Assembly: GCA_030141605.1 (NCBI GenBank)
Contig: JAQGDQ010000073.1
Coordinates: 372,001 to 436,000, forward strand
Direction: 5' to 3'
Length of the DNA: 64,000 nt
Origin: Tubiluchus corallicola
Lineage: Eukaryota > Animalia > Priapulida
Positions 39,700-52,735 of the stretch are shown in pieces. Under the pieces are notes generated by a model. It made no database searches. It was given only the letters and a program-made list of their open reading frames with translations, and was not told where the DNA came from. The stretch's first letter is position 1. Every line of letters starts with the position of its first letter. The position numbers were made by a program, and so were the translations under genes.

Positions 39700-42189
39700 T
39701 ATTATTTATACACGTGCACCGCAGTAGGCGGTTGTGAATTGTAGCGATTTCTGGTCGGTTAGGCGATGTGCCGCTGTAGCAGGCCACTTCCCCGATCAGC
39801 CCCGTCTGCATGACAGAAGTTGAAAAATAGCAATAGCAAACTAATAAAGAAAATCAGCTTATAATGTTTTAATTAGTTTTATTGACTACAGACGTCACTG
39901 TGCTACACATAACATAATGTTTCAATGTATATATGACCGTATATTGTACTAAAGACTTCCAGTAGTTTCTATCTGGTATGAGATGCGTCAGTCTTAAATA
40001 TTCGTATATAATATTTTAACTGTCATTTAGTACTAATATCTAATGTAATCTTGTAGTAAAACTTGCCAGCTCATGCAGGGTGTAGTCAATTCTTACTGAA
40101 AATGTTTTTATAAATAGTGTATATATTTTGTTGAAGTGAGGATCTTAAATCATGTTTTTAGACTGTTTGATCCAATCCTATAATGAATCATGTTTAAACT
40201 AATATAGTGTTACAAGCAATACTTTAGGATCTAATAAGTCACTATTCGCTAGGCGATAGTATCCACCAGTGCACCTTTACATGAAACATTAGGGATGAAA
40301 ATAACTTTTAAAAATATAATATACAATTTTGAGCATGATATCTTGAGGAAAAAAGATCAAAGTAGACAATGCCACCTCATGAGAAGGAAAATGTGACAGT
40401 TAATATTGACTTATATTTACAAATAAAGAAAAAACTAAAAAAAGTTGTAATAATTAAGAGCGCTAAACCTACTTTTTGACATTTATTTCTAGAAGCGCTT
40501 AACACAACACTGAATATCTAAAAAATTAATGGTTTCAAAAGATGGCTGTGTGTTTCGGTGTAGGGTTGGAGTCAGATTCAAATTTTTTAATGCTTACAGG
40601 CAAATGACTTAAAATTGCTGTAATCGTTTAAGAATACACTAATTTGCAATTAAAACTGTTAATAGAGACCTGCTTAATTTCCAAATTAATAGTCTCGCAG
40701 ACGACTTCCGCGGAGCACCTGTTACTTAATAATCATGGGCGGTAAGTTATAACAATCACGGTGTAACTTGCATTGCATGCATAGCATCACTTGTCTAGCG
40801 GATAACAATTTGACATAATAGGACTAGTTTACACAGTTATGCAGTTTATGTACAGAGCAAGGCAAAATCAGCATAAACTAAAAACGATGTAGTTTTCGTA
40901 ACTCTTACAGTCGAGCCACAACTATTATACCAACGACAAGGCAAATTAATTCAGCTATACATGAAATATAATCGGACCGGCTACGCAGTTAACCAACCAA
41001 GTACTATTTGTCCATCTACAAAACTGAGCAGATCCATTACTTGATGTAAAAATGCTAATAAATTCAAATTTTGTGTAAATACCATTGAGTAGTCAGAGTT
41101 TCTATAAGTATCCATCCTCATAGTAGCTGCAAAACTGTCCAGGTATCTTAATCCACTTATCGTAATTAACTAATATTAATGCTAATATTATAACGAATAA
41201 TAGCTTTCGTTATCATCTTATATATGAGCTTCATTCATTATATCATTCCACTCTGAAGTACTAAATGTTTTCTTTATTATTACACGATTCAAATCACAAT
41301 TTTCAGTTTATTTTTATTACATTTTTGCTTTCACAGGATGGTACAATCTAACACGCCCTGCTTTTCGATTGCCCGCAACGCATTTACACGTATATATAGG
41401 CAAACATAGTATGAGGATTTTTCGTATAGAAACTGTAAAAACGAAATTGTATTATGTTCCTTGTAGGGTCTTTCACAACAACGTTGTACACAAATGTAAA
41501 TGTGTTATTGTGAAATAAATGACTTACATGACTTATGTACTAGCCCGATTTACTTTTGAGTGCACCAGAGACATACAGTTTGTTCTACCAACATATCACT
41601 TTAATTCAGAAATGCAGTTAAATTGAGCTCATTGTTATAACAAACAATACAAAATTTGATAATCGATGTAGTAAGTAATAAACGTAAAACCGTTTGCAGT
41701 AGTATTTCGATGCATATACAGTGACCTTCCTCAGATTAAAAAAGAACAAAAGCTAGTGTCATATTGATCTCTGCTATTGCAGTCAAAATCAAAATATAAG
41801 CTAGTAAAATAAGCACAAATCATGAAAGTAGTAAAAACTCAGCAAAATTTGAATCATAGCTTAAAAAGCTAGGAACAAAGTGCCCAGTGGGGCATCATGA
41901 TATCAAATAAATTAGTACTAAAACATTGAAACAATACAATCGAAAATTCGAATTAATACTGGCCCGTAAATGTGTACGTTCGTTACAATTCATACAAGCA
42001 TTATAGTGTAGCCTCATCGATTTTGGTCCGTTTCAGGCACAAACTGAAGGTTTCATATGTATATCGACAATGTTTCTTAGAAATTCAGTATCAAATTATT
42101 ATTATTAGTATAAATAATTATCGTTATGAGAATCCATCGAAACATTGCAATATTTGTCAACGAAAGTGGTACTTTTGATTTCATTTTTC

Positions 42190-42411
42190 TCTAACAGGTG
42201 GCTGGCCGGTCGATAGAAATATTGTTGGCTGTGTGCCAGCCAAAATTTCGCTAGACACTGTGGGACGTGGGAGAACGTAACAGCGGACGTCACGGCCAGC
42301 TAGGAACGATCAGTAGTCTTAACAGAAAGTATCATGTGCTTTGATTGTACTGAAAAAGTTGTGAAGCGAGTAAAATAGTTGTGTATTAAATACTTTTTAA
42401 GTATAGTAGCA
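42190..42411 (+). promoter_or_regulatory. Putative promoter/5' UTR of the DOK7-like gene
   Basis: Local GC/CpG enrichment, a CRE-like GACGTCA at ~42286 and an Inr-like ATCAGT at ~42309, about 100 nt upstream of the ATG. Confidence 0.45.
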
Positions 42412-42846
42412 ATGGCTACTATAGTTGAAGGAGTAGTAAAGTTAAGAGAAGGAAAAAAGGTACGCGTTTTTTTGTATACAAACTGCTCCTAATTTTTGGC
42501 GCTAATGAAGAATTAAGCTCTGGCTAAAAAACGCAAGACGGAGCTCAAACTAAATAGAATTTTTGTTTCTAGTCTTCTACATATACTTGAATTTTGAAAT
42601 TTTCTGTTTGTTCATTGTTTTTCGTAGCTAAAGGAAATTATTTTGTTGAAATACATTGTCAATTTTAATATTATGAGAAACCGTTTTTAATATTATGAGA
42701 AACCGTGTAATGTGCCTATCTATGTCAGAGTTATCTGTAATCTATTAACCTATAAGTGCAAGTAAACATACTATACAGATATACGTTGTTTTCTTTTCAG
42801 TGGAAATCTCGCTGGTGCGTTGTTAAGAAATTGAGTCCAGTTGCAG
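42412..42846 (+). CDS. DOK7: Docking protein 7-like adaptor, coding exons 1-2 (start of the PH domain); 3'-partial
   Basis: Exon 1 42412-42459 (MATIVEGVVKLREGKK/GTACGC) and exon 2 42801-42846 (tttcag/WKSRWCVVKKLSPVA G/GTAAG). This matches the remembered human DOK7 N-terminus (LVEGQVKLRDGKKWKSRWLVLRKPSPVAD). Both exons are missed by the ORF track. No convincing exon 3 was found by eye before 64000. Confidence 0.9.
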
Positions 42847-44699
42847 GTAAGCTGACAACAAATGAATAATTATTAGCTGCACACAGAATTTTAACAAGAG
42901 TCTTGAGTACATAGTTTGGTTTACTGTCACATAGAATTTTGACAAGAGTGTTGAGTGCATTGTTTGGTTTTCTGTATCCTTGTTGTAATTGTTAACTATT
43001 GTGTATTAAACAGTAAATTAATACCAAGTTAGCGACATTGTCAAAATCATTATCCAATATGCTCTGTAGTAGTTTAGCAGCTGGAGGTCTTAAAATATGA
43101 TGTCATTGATGGGCAGTATTTATAAAATGAAACAATTCACAATTTCCCTTCGGGCGATCACTCCGATCAGACAAACAAACAGTACTGTACTGTCTGTACA
43201 GCATCACAAAGGTGACCCTAATTTTGGCAGTCTGCCAACTAGGTGCTTGTCGCTTTGCCGCGTACTCTCTCAAATTATCTTGGGTTTTGTTGTTTTGTTA
43301 TACAGTGGTGCTGCTGTTTACTGTGGACCTTAACAAGCAATAATTTTTGTTACCGGGTCAGCGCGCTTGTATTTGGCAGAGTGCCAGGATTTCGTAGTTT
43401 TTGGCTACTATTTGAAGTATTAGATTGCAGAAACAAAAACAATACACGTACAGAGTACACATATTGTCCGATAAAAAAATTACAGTTATTCGAAGAAGGT
43501 GCTTGCTATGTTAAATGTGAAGCTGTTTAAAAAGTTTTGGATTTCTTTATTAAATGAAAATATAATTAATTATGGAGTTTAATTGACAGTACCTATGCAA
43601 AGTATACTCTAAAACTTCTAAACTTGTACTATTCTCTGTTGTACATGGTAAAATCAGTCTTGAAAGTGTTAGAGACTGTCTTAGTACCATACATTATAGA
43701 AACTGTAACTATGACTATTTATGGCGTCTTACTAGTAAAACGTCCCTGTTTAGTCAATACAGACTTTGTGAAGTTAGTAACTTCATTATGTAAAGACAAG
43801 CACTAATTTAAGCGCGTTGACTATAACTAAATTGTGCATATTAGTAAGAGCGTATAGCAAGTTCATTGTCATAGTTAATAGAGAACGTCGATCCAACAAT
43901 AGTAGAGACTGGTTTTACTTGGATCTTTAGCTAGACTTTGCGGCCATTCAGTTTGTGCAGCTTGTAAATACTGTACAGTACCTTTCTCCGGGCGGCTTCA
44001 AGAATCTCGAATTTCCGGCGGGGTAGTTCAGTAGCAGTGGAAAGAGGGCGAAAAGCATATGATAACGTGTTGTTAATTTTTAATGACAATAGTATTTACT
44101 TTTAGGGGAAAAAATCCATCAGTGAAGAAGAAAAACAAAGATACTGTCTTTTCTTTATTAATGGGATTTTAATTACTTGAATGATATGAATAACTTTTTC
44201 ACCTTTTCAAATAAAAAAAACTTTTGATTAGAACATTCTATAATTTTTTTCTTGAACATTCAAAACTCGTTGATTTACCATTATTGTTTAAAGAGCTAAT
44301 AACGCGCGCTTTATTTTCCTCTCATTGCTTAGCCACTAAGCAGGTTTGACTCTCCATGGGTACAGCAAATCGCGGTAATGGTGGAGAGAAGAGGTACTAG
44401 CAGTAGGTCTATGGTCCCTGCTTTAGGTCATTGTACGAGAATGCTTGGAATGTTGTTCCTCGTCTGTGTCTTATGAACTATCTGATACAGGGAGAGAGCG
44501 AGGAGACAGCACCATCAGGGAGAGAGAGAGGGTCTAGAGTAGTACAGAACTGATTTGAGTTAAAATAAGCTTGAAAATAATTACCTACAAATTCTAATTT
44601 GCTAGCAAAATATAAATTCCCAGTTAAAAAGGCGTAAAAGTAACGTTTAAATATGAATAAGAAAAAAATTAGTTCTATAATGAAAACTTGTTTAACGTT

Positions 44700-44930
44700 T
44701 GTTTTTAAATTCAACAGATAACACAAGCCTGCCATGAAACATTTATAATAAGCTACATCGGCATAACATCGAGATTATTATTACCCCGCTTTTACCCCAA
44801 CAACCATGCGCCAGGCAGGGCAACAGCAGGCAAAATTTTGAAAGTCTTTGATATGAACCAGCCGCGGTATCAAACTCAGTCTCCCCGACAGAAAACAAAG
44901 ACGTTATCGATCGCACTATAATTATACCAC
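44700..44930 (-). mobile_element. tRNA-derived SINE copy
   Basis: ATTATTACCCCGCTTTTACCCC...CAGGGCAACAGCAGG...AAAGTCTTTGATATGA matches the copy at 566-841. Confidence 0.8.
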
Positions 44931-45213
44931 TGATTAGAATTATAAGTTCTAAGCTTTATTTTTTATTTTTTATGAGTTTTTAAAAATGTGATGTTTAGAA
45001 TTGTATTTCCATAACGGAGAAAATGAATTTCTGCTAACATCTAGACTTCCCATAGTGATGGAAATGGAAGGAAAGCACACAGAAAAATTTTTCTACATTT
45101 TGTAGATAGACAAATAGCAAAAGCCGAGTTTCTTTTTCGTTCTAAACAGGAAATTTTGGAAACATTTCCTTTTATTTTTAGAAAAGTCTTACAGACTACA
45201 GAGATACAGAAAG

Positions 45214-45318
45214 TACAAGAAATAAAACTGACAACAAATTTTTTATTGTGTATGAGATGTAATATGTATATATATCTAATACACAATAAAAAAATTGTTG
45301 TCAGTTTTATTTCTTGTA
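45214..45318. repeat. Near-perfect AT-rich inverted repeat (45-bp arms, 15-nt loop)
   Basis: TACAAGAAATAAAACTGACAACAAATTTTTTATTGTGTATGAGAT and its reverse complement, with 2 mismatches. Confidence 0.92.
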
Positions 45319-46807
45319 TATATATATTATATATTTCTTATATATATATTATTCGTTTTTATTCTGTTTTTTATGCCTTTTGACATGTAAATTTTGTTTT
45401 ATTAAAAATTGAAGCTTATGTTTTTTTCTGGACGCCTTATAATAAGTACACTGACATTCATAATGATTGGCTGTATTTTCATTTAAATTTCTGACAATCG
45501 AATGAGTGTGCTTACTTAGATTCAGTTGACCACTGTACTTATTGGTCTGAATACCTTATAATTAAGTTCTTTATTGAGTGGGAAAACAATTTAATGGTTT
45601 TGGACATGAGTGATTTATCGATATTTGAAACAAAGTGTCAGGGCATAACGCGTCCGTAACATAGGAAATACATTATGGTCCTAGTGTAACTAGTGTTGTG
45701 TAAGCGCGGAATTCATGTGCATTGACCGTAATGTATCAGACTGAGAATAACGCAACTCATTGGTGATATTATAAATGCTGTACAATATTAAACATTAACA
45801 TTACAAAATCAGACAGTATTGAAATTTAGGTGAATCTGTTGCTCTGTGGTGAGTATGTCTAGATGACTTGTGTTCATTTTTTTGTTTTTTTTTAATTTTC
45901 GGTTCGTGACGGTTATATAATGTAAATTCTAAGTATTAAGCTTCCACCCATTATAGGTCCACGTGCCACTTGAAACAAAAAAGAGTAATCTCTATGCAAG
46001 AAGTCCATGTAACCATTGGTAAAGGTGTATAGTTTAATCTTTTAATGCTTTTAAAATGTTATAAAATGTGACGTAAATTTCTCACAAAAATGAAAATATG
46101 CATGTTCAGCTGAACTTACTATATATACCCGTTAAACTGAATTGCGAAATTCGTTAACATGGTTTTTACCTTTTATCTACTCTCTCTCTTTGAAACTTTG
46201 TATAATGAGAGTGATGGATGGTTTTAAAAGTTGGTTAAAAAAGATCGACGCCGTGGTGACGTCAGCAGCAGATTCTTCGTGTCAAACTAACAAGTTTATT
46301 ACGCTCTTGGCGGCTTTATTTTTGGATGTTTAATTTATTTTACCTGTCCAAGGCTAGCAATGACGTATTCTTGTCTTGCAGCAGCTACACAAGTATTTTA
46401 TGGAGATGGCAGGGTTAAGGACGGGTATTAAAAGCAATTTTGGACCTACTGCACTTAGTGACTAATTCACAAAAATTAGGCGAGTGACATCCAAGCGAAA
46501 TTCATCTATTTTACACGACTGTCAGTGTCTCAAAATAAAGCTAGTTTTGAAAATTGTGAAATTAGTGGAATGTTTATCTTTCATCAAGCGCGTACATAAG
46601 ATTTCTTAAATGTTATATGAAAAGTTTCTGTAAGCATTTGATTGCCTCATGCTTTTTGTCACCTGTTGTATTCGGTTGTTTTATTATTTTTATACAGTTT
46701 GGTTGAGCTAACAGAGCGTTTTTGAGCTTAGCTATTGCAATAAACATTTACATTTACATACACACAAAGTAAAATTCAAAGGTCAATACGAAATGCAAGA
46801 CAAAATT

Positions 46808-46857
46808 TAACATACACACACATATATATATATATATATATATGTTTGTATGTGTTA
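46808..46857. repeat. (AC)n(AT)n(GT)n quasi-palindromic microsatellite
   Basis: TAACATACACACACATATATATATATATATATATATGTTTGTATGTGTTA. Confidence 0.8.
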
Positions 46858-49800
46858 TTCTATTACACCTTAAATGTATTCGTTTTAAATGTAAAATAGT
46901 ACAGTACAAAAACTGTATAACACGTTAGTATTTCATGAAACTTCGGTAAACGTTAAACGTTCCGCTCTTCTTCATTCGCGTTGGTAGTTGGGAAAGAGAG
47001 ATGTCTTTCCTAAACTCTTATAGAGGTTTTTTGCCCAGCTGTTGAATTTTACTGTGAAAAGCAGTAATTATGTATCTTGTATGCACATTTTATTGATGGA
47101 AACAAGTCCGTTTTGTAGTTTCTAATTTAATTTTAATTCTCTATAGTCTGTTACGGGCAAGCATACATTTATTTTCCATGTGGGCTCTCCCTCCCAATCA
47201 CATTGTTGGATCAAAAAATGTGACGTTTTTTTACTGTAGTGAGTAGCCACCTTAGAAAGAGTGTTCTTTATCAATCAGGGGATTGGCCTGCCATTTTTTG
47301 TTGGTATACGTGCATAAAAACACCTGGCGTATCACGACAGGGTCGACTGGGAACAGTTTGACCTAGATCTTTCGATTTTGCACAATCAAGAGACGTATAG
47401 TTTCATGCAAATGGTATTATGGTGTGCATGTATAATTTCTTTGTTCTCTTTGTCCGCATTTCGCGCGTTTTTTGTACATATATATATTGCAATACCTTTC
47501 AAACCATTATAATCCCAGTCTCCCAAGCTAATATTAATGCTATAGAGTATAGATGACTTTCAAAATAGATTGATGCATTGTGTTTTCTGTTTACTATAAA
47601 TTTTCTTGTATTGGACAATTTGCGAATGTTTCACAGTTTTTTGAACATTATAACGTGGAGGAACACTCGAACGCATATAAGCTTGACATAACTTGCTGGT
47701 TTTGAGCTTGTTCGTCTGACGTTCGGCTTTGTGGGCATCAACTCGAGGTGTTGTTAGTAGAGGATACTGAGGGCTTATAGGCGCCGACTGTGGAACGTCA
47801 AACGTGCAGAGGTGCGCTAAACCAGATAAGTACCTGCTGTAAAGCTGACTGAACAATGTTGCTGAAAAATACCTTGGCAGGCACAGGCGCATTTGCTTAC
47901 GTAATGTTTTAGTTTTTAACTTTTGCGTGATAAAAATGTCCACACTTTAGGAGAGTTTCTTATTATATTTCGTCATTCTATTCACTTTTATTTGTGTTTC
48001 TCCCTTCTAGTAACTTGTTTGATACTCAGCAAAAGAGAAAGATCGGTCCCATCACATCTCTGCCCAAACTCGTCGGTGCTGGTATAGGAACGTAGTTTTC
48101 ATAAAAACAAAAACGTGTAAATACGAATTTTTGAAACGTCTACATAATTTAACTAATTTAACTACATGAGCTTACAATGCTATATTGAAGTGAATTACGT
48201 TCTACTGCTTACACTGCCTTCACATCATAACAAATTGCTTTGTCGTCGTGGACTTGCACGACTTTCTTCCAATGACATGGTACGTTCGTTCTATTCGTCA
48301 TAATTTCAATGGATTCAACCCCCGACGACATAATCCATATGTGAATATACAAGATGTGACAGATTCGAATATACAAGATGTGACAGATCCCATCTTCTGA
48401 TTTTCTAATTTATTTGGATATACTGTAAAAAATTTCGAAAGTTTTTTAATCTTTGTTGTTTTTAAGGTATCATATACACAATTATTTGCAGATTTGCTTC
48501 TTTTTCTGACTTGGTTTTTGTAAAAATTGTGAATTTAGTTTAGCAACTGTTACATACATTTAACTTACGCTGTACGCTTCAAATTTGCTGAATCAGCTGA
48601 GCTCCGGTCGCCCTACTGAACACACAGTTTTATTGCCTAATAAAGCTACTCAAGTCCACTCGGACGTATTCCGTCCTGGTTTGGAGAAGGTTGTGAAAAT
48701 CGGCCATCTCCGCTTCTCACTACTCAGATTACACCTCCAAAATATATTCGTCAACAGATCAGCAACGCGGGGGTGGGTAATACAGGTCCCAGAAAACCGC
48801 TAAAAAGGGAAAGAGCGCTTCGCAGGCTCGTTGGAGAATGCCAGACTACCAGTGTTTGATTACGCCTTGGCGTTCACTTTCTCAGCTAGGCAGCTTTTTG
48901 GAAAAATCACCACCACTGGCACGACAGGGTGGTGAAGTTATTTGGCCGTTCCGCCGTTACCGTTTGCGCTGTTTTTAGCTACAAATTAAAACAGAAAGGG
49001 ATATTTTAGTTCTTATAGGAAGTGTTCGATCTAGTATAGTCACGGGTATAATACACTCGATTCGAGTTGTATATGGCATATGGACACTGTGGACAGTATT
49101 TGCCATCTTGGGAAGGCTTGTCTGCATTTTTTTTCTTTGCGAGTTTGTTACTTGACTGAAACTTTGTTTTTTTAGAGAGACAAACTCATAACTATATAGC
49201 CTAATCGTGAATTTTACATTACCAGTAAAGAAAAGCACATTTAGTCTTAACCTACACATTGACGTACAACGCACGTGACGTTTACTGGTTTGAAGACGAT
49301 TTTTTCTGGTAGCAGCTGACGCAGAGTGAAAATATTTTGTTTACAAATTCACTTGGGAAGCCAGTCACTGTCATGTGTGACTGGTTACATCGTTACAGTC
49401 TACTGTCTAGTTCTAGCTGGTTTTGTGCTGTGGTATATTACACACGTGTTTAATATTTAATTCTACACACCAGGCAGCAGAACGCCCAAAACAAAACCAT
49501 CACTCACGGTAATTCTTGTAATGAGCTGATCAGTAGTGCTACTGTCTTATTGTTATACTTGGTCATTCACAGAAATTATTTATTGTTTAAACTTATAGTA
49601 ACCGACGGCCTGGTTCAATACTTGTTCCAGGAAATTTCAGTCATCATATTTGCTGTCTATAAGGGGGAATGTATTCACACCCTGGGTGAAGCATTTGTAC
49701 TCGCTCATAGCTTCAACTGAGAGGATTAGTCTTGCAGTGGGTCAGGTTCTAGTCCCACCACACTTGTCTTTAAAAAGTGGGCCCTTCCAGCTTGTATAAT

Positions 49801-51329
49801 GTTGGATGGGAAGTAGTTGTAGTAGTAGTAGTAGTATAAAAACAACAAAAACATTAAAATCATGTTGCTGCTATACGGTCATAAGTCGTAAGGCTGATGT
49901 CATGTCCTGAAAATGTAGATGTTTCACAATTAATTACACGAAGCCCATTTTTATTGTTAGTTCTAGGCCAAGCTTCATTTTTACCTTTGAGTGATGTGTG
50001 GGTGGTTTTTATTCAAGATTTTTCGGGCACACACCAATGATCGCCCACTGATTAGATTAGGTTAGTTAGGATCGTTTCTAAAATGTCTTTCTGTGGAAAA
50101 ATTAATCAGAGTAGCTTTTTACATTGCTTTTTATATTATCGCGCTGTTATATGTTATCAAACATTCATTTGGGGTTGAAGTACCTTTGTGTTTAATGGCT
50201 GTGAATTACCTACCTCCAAGGTGCAGGCGGCAGCCCACCTTTACATGAGCAGTGGAAGGATTTTAGGTTGAGATTTAGTGAGGGAAAAGTTGCTGCTTGG
50301 ACGGCTTGTTCCGAGACGAAGCTGTGTCATACTAGGCTATACTTCCTGCTTTGTTTTTTTTAATTCATACCTATACTTCATTATCGTAATTCTTTAATCA
50401 GGTTTTCAGATATTAACAGTTATGAGTAGTGACATAACGCAGTAGATTAGGTTATAATTATGCAACTTGCTGGAGTTATGTTCATGCATCAAAGTACTAG
50501 GGGATTTTTTTGCCGATTATAATTATTTCCTTTTTAGCCCAGTGAATCTGGGTTACCAGAGAATGAAAATAATTTTAAGATCAAATTTGTTTACGTTTAA
50601 TATCAGTCAATCTCATTCCTATGCTCGAAAGCTCGGCTGCTGGACATAACATGTTAAAATATTTATATGTTGCTGTTAGGCGGCTGAATATGCCGCTAAG
50701 AAAGCTCAGGAATGTGTCCTTGAGTTGTTTTTAGGGCAGCTTGAGCAGACGATAGTTTTGGCTCTGTGCCAAGTCTCGAAATTAGTGTTTATTATTACAC
50801 CGAGGCTAAATTTAATGCGTTAGCGTTGGCGAATAGTTGTAACTAACACGGGTTGCCTTTGTCGTCGGTGAAACGTGATATTATCCTGTTATACATTATT
50901 CCGCGAAACAATAACGGTCATTAAATTTGTTGACTTTTTGCTACAAACCTTCTAACTAGCTGTAACTCTTATAAATTGGGTTATGAAGGTCTGCAAAAAA
51001 CTTAGGTTGCCACAACCCAGTTTTGGGCTTTAATTGGTGCTTTAGTGGCGGCTTATTGTTACGTTATTTGTCCAATCAGATTAATTGCTGTAATATCTAT
51101 TTTACTTTAGCTGTCTACTATACTGCTGTAGTACATATAGAGAAAGTTCGTTTGATTTATGTATGACTTAGTGAAAACTGCTTCTTTAGTTATATAATAA
51201 ACTTATTTTATCTGGATGTAATGCAATAGAACATGCTGTAACTAGTGTTTCTCTTGTCTTGAAATTCTATATTACCTATGTACAGACCTACGTACTGCCT
51301 TATTGCACACAGAGCTTATATTAGCAGCA

Positions 51330-52735
51330 ACGCTGCATAAAACGTGTAAACTCTCGCTTACGGTTAGGCGCAGCCAGTTTGATGATAAGTCGTTTGAAAC
51401 AAGCTTAGATAACATAATCTAAAGTTTTGAAAAAATAGGCAAGCATTCGTAGCGCACACTTCACTAACTGGACAAAAGGATAAATACCTTTATCCTGTCA
51501 GTAAGATTAATAGTATGTTTTTTGGTGAATCAGTAGTGCACACTGGGAAGGTGAGTCAATGATGTTTTACCAATTGGCGCGAACATCTAAATTTTTAAGA
51601 ATTTTGTTTTCTAGTTTTGGTAAGCGTAGTACAGCTATTATAGCTTTGTATGGAAAGTCTTTTTGGGATGTATTTTAAAAGTGCCCTTCCACTTTAGCGT
51701 GATTACGATTTCCAATTTTTTGCCGGTTGCAAAGAAATTTGTTTTGTGGGTGTGTCGGTATCTTCTGGAAAAACCTTGTCCTCTTTCCTGCCTGTTCGTG
51801 CGTGCGAAATATTTTACTTATTCCGTTGACTCACTCTTTTCAATGAAAGCTTGTCTGGCTGTCATATTTTGGCTCTCTGCCAGAATTTTCGTCACAGCTG
51901 GGATTAATATTTCTCATAAATTACTATTCTCTTTTAGAGAATTTATAGCAATACTAACTATTTGTCGAATTGCAACTAGATATTGTGATATTTACAGTAC
52001 AAGATGATTTCGTGGCTTATTTTTTTATTAATAGCACTTTTTAAGTTTTGATGCTTAATTATTAAAAGAACTCTTATTAAAAGTATTCTTGACGCTTAAT
52101 AAAGTGATTTTAGTAAGAAAAGAAAAACTGCCTGCTTGTTTACTGTGTTTATTTACTGTTTAACAGACTTTGGCCTTTGATTCAAATTTCTAAAAGCTTA
52201 TAGTTATAATTGAAATAATGTGAAATGTGCATTAGTATTACTATGACGAGCTGATGTTTTCTTGTGTAGGCCTACTTTACCTTAAAGCACAAGAAAACCC
52301 TCCACTTACATAAAGCTTAAAAAATTCGTCTCGAAATTTTATACGAGTTACATACTACGCATGCACGGCTTGCATCGGCCATAACGTTGTATAAATTTAA
52401 ACTCCCGCGATGACCGTTAGGTGCAGCCATTTGAATGGTAGGTCGTTTGAAACAAGTTTTGATAACATTAAGTAACGTTTGAAAAAATAATCAGAGCATT
52501 CGTGGCATACATGTTGCTAATTAAATAAAATTTTAATTACTGTATCTTGTTAATAAGATTAAAAATACGTTTTTGGCTAGTGAGTGGCGCATCCTGGAGG
52601 GTGAGTCAGCGACATTTTACCAATTGGCACAAGCATTTTAAATTATTAGTCTAGTTACTAAGTCTTTCTAGCAGGTAAGTGATATGCTAAGTAATATAGA
52701 TTTGCACGGAAAGTTTTTTGGCTCATAATTTAACA
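51330..52735. repeat. Diverged direct duplication of a ~350-bp segment (~51330-51680 and ~52385-52735)
   Basis: Collinear shared blocks GTTAGG(C/T)GCAGCCA, GTCGTTTGAAACAAG, TTTGAAAAAATA, AGCATTCGT, TAAGATTAA, GGTGAGTCA and TTTTACCAATTGGC. Confidence 0.85.

Noticed and set aside
43676-43793. Frame reading DCLSTIHYRN...TSKTSL as a possible DOK7 exon 3
   Set aside because: The acceptor lacks a pyrimidine tract (GTGTTAGAG), similarity beyond DCL is weak, and the frame stops after ~39 codons. Probably coincidence; tBLASTn would settle it.
45041-45383. Opposite-strand ORFs with near-identical peptides (LIHNKKxVVSFISC)
   Set aside because: A direct consequence of the 45214-45318 inverted repeat.
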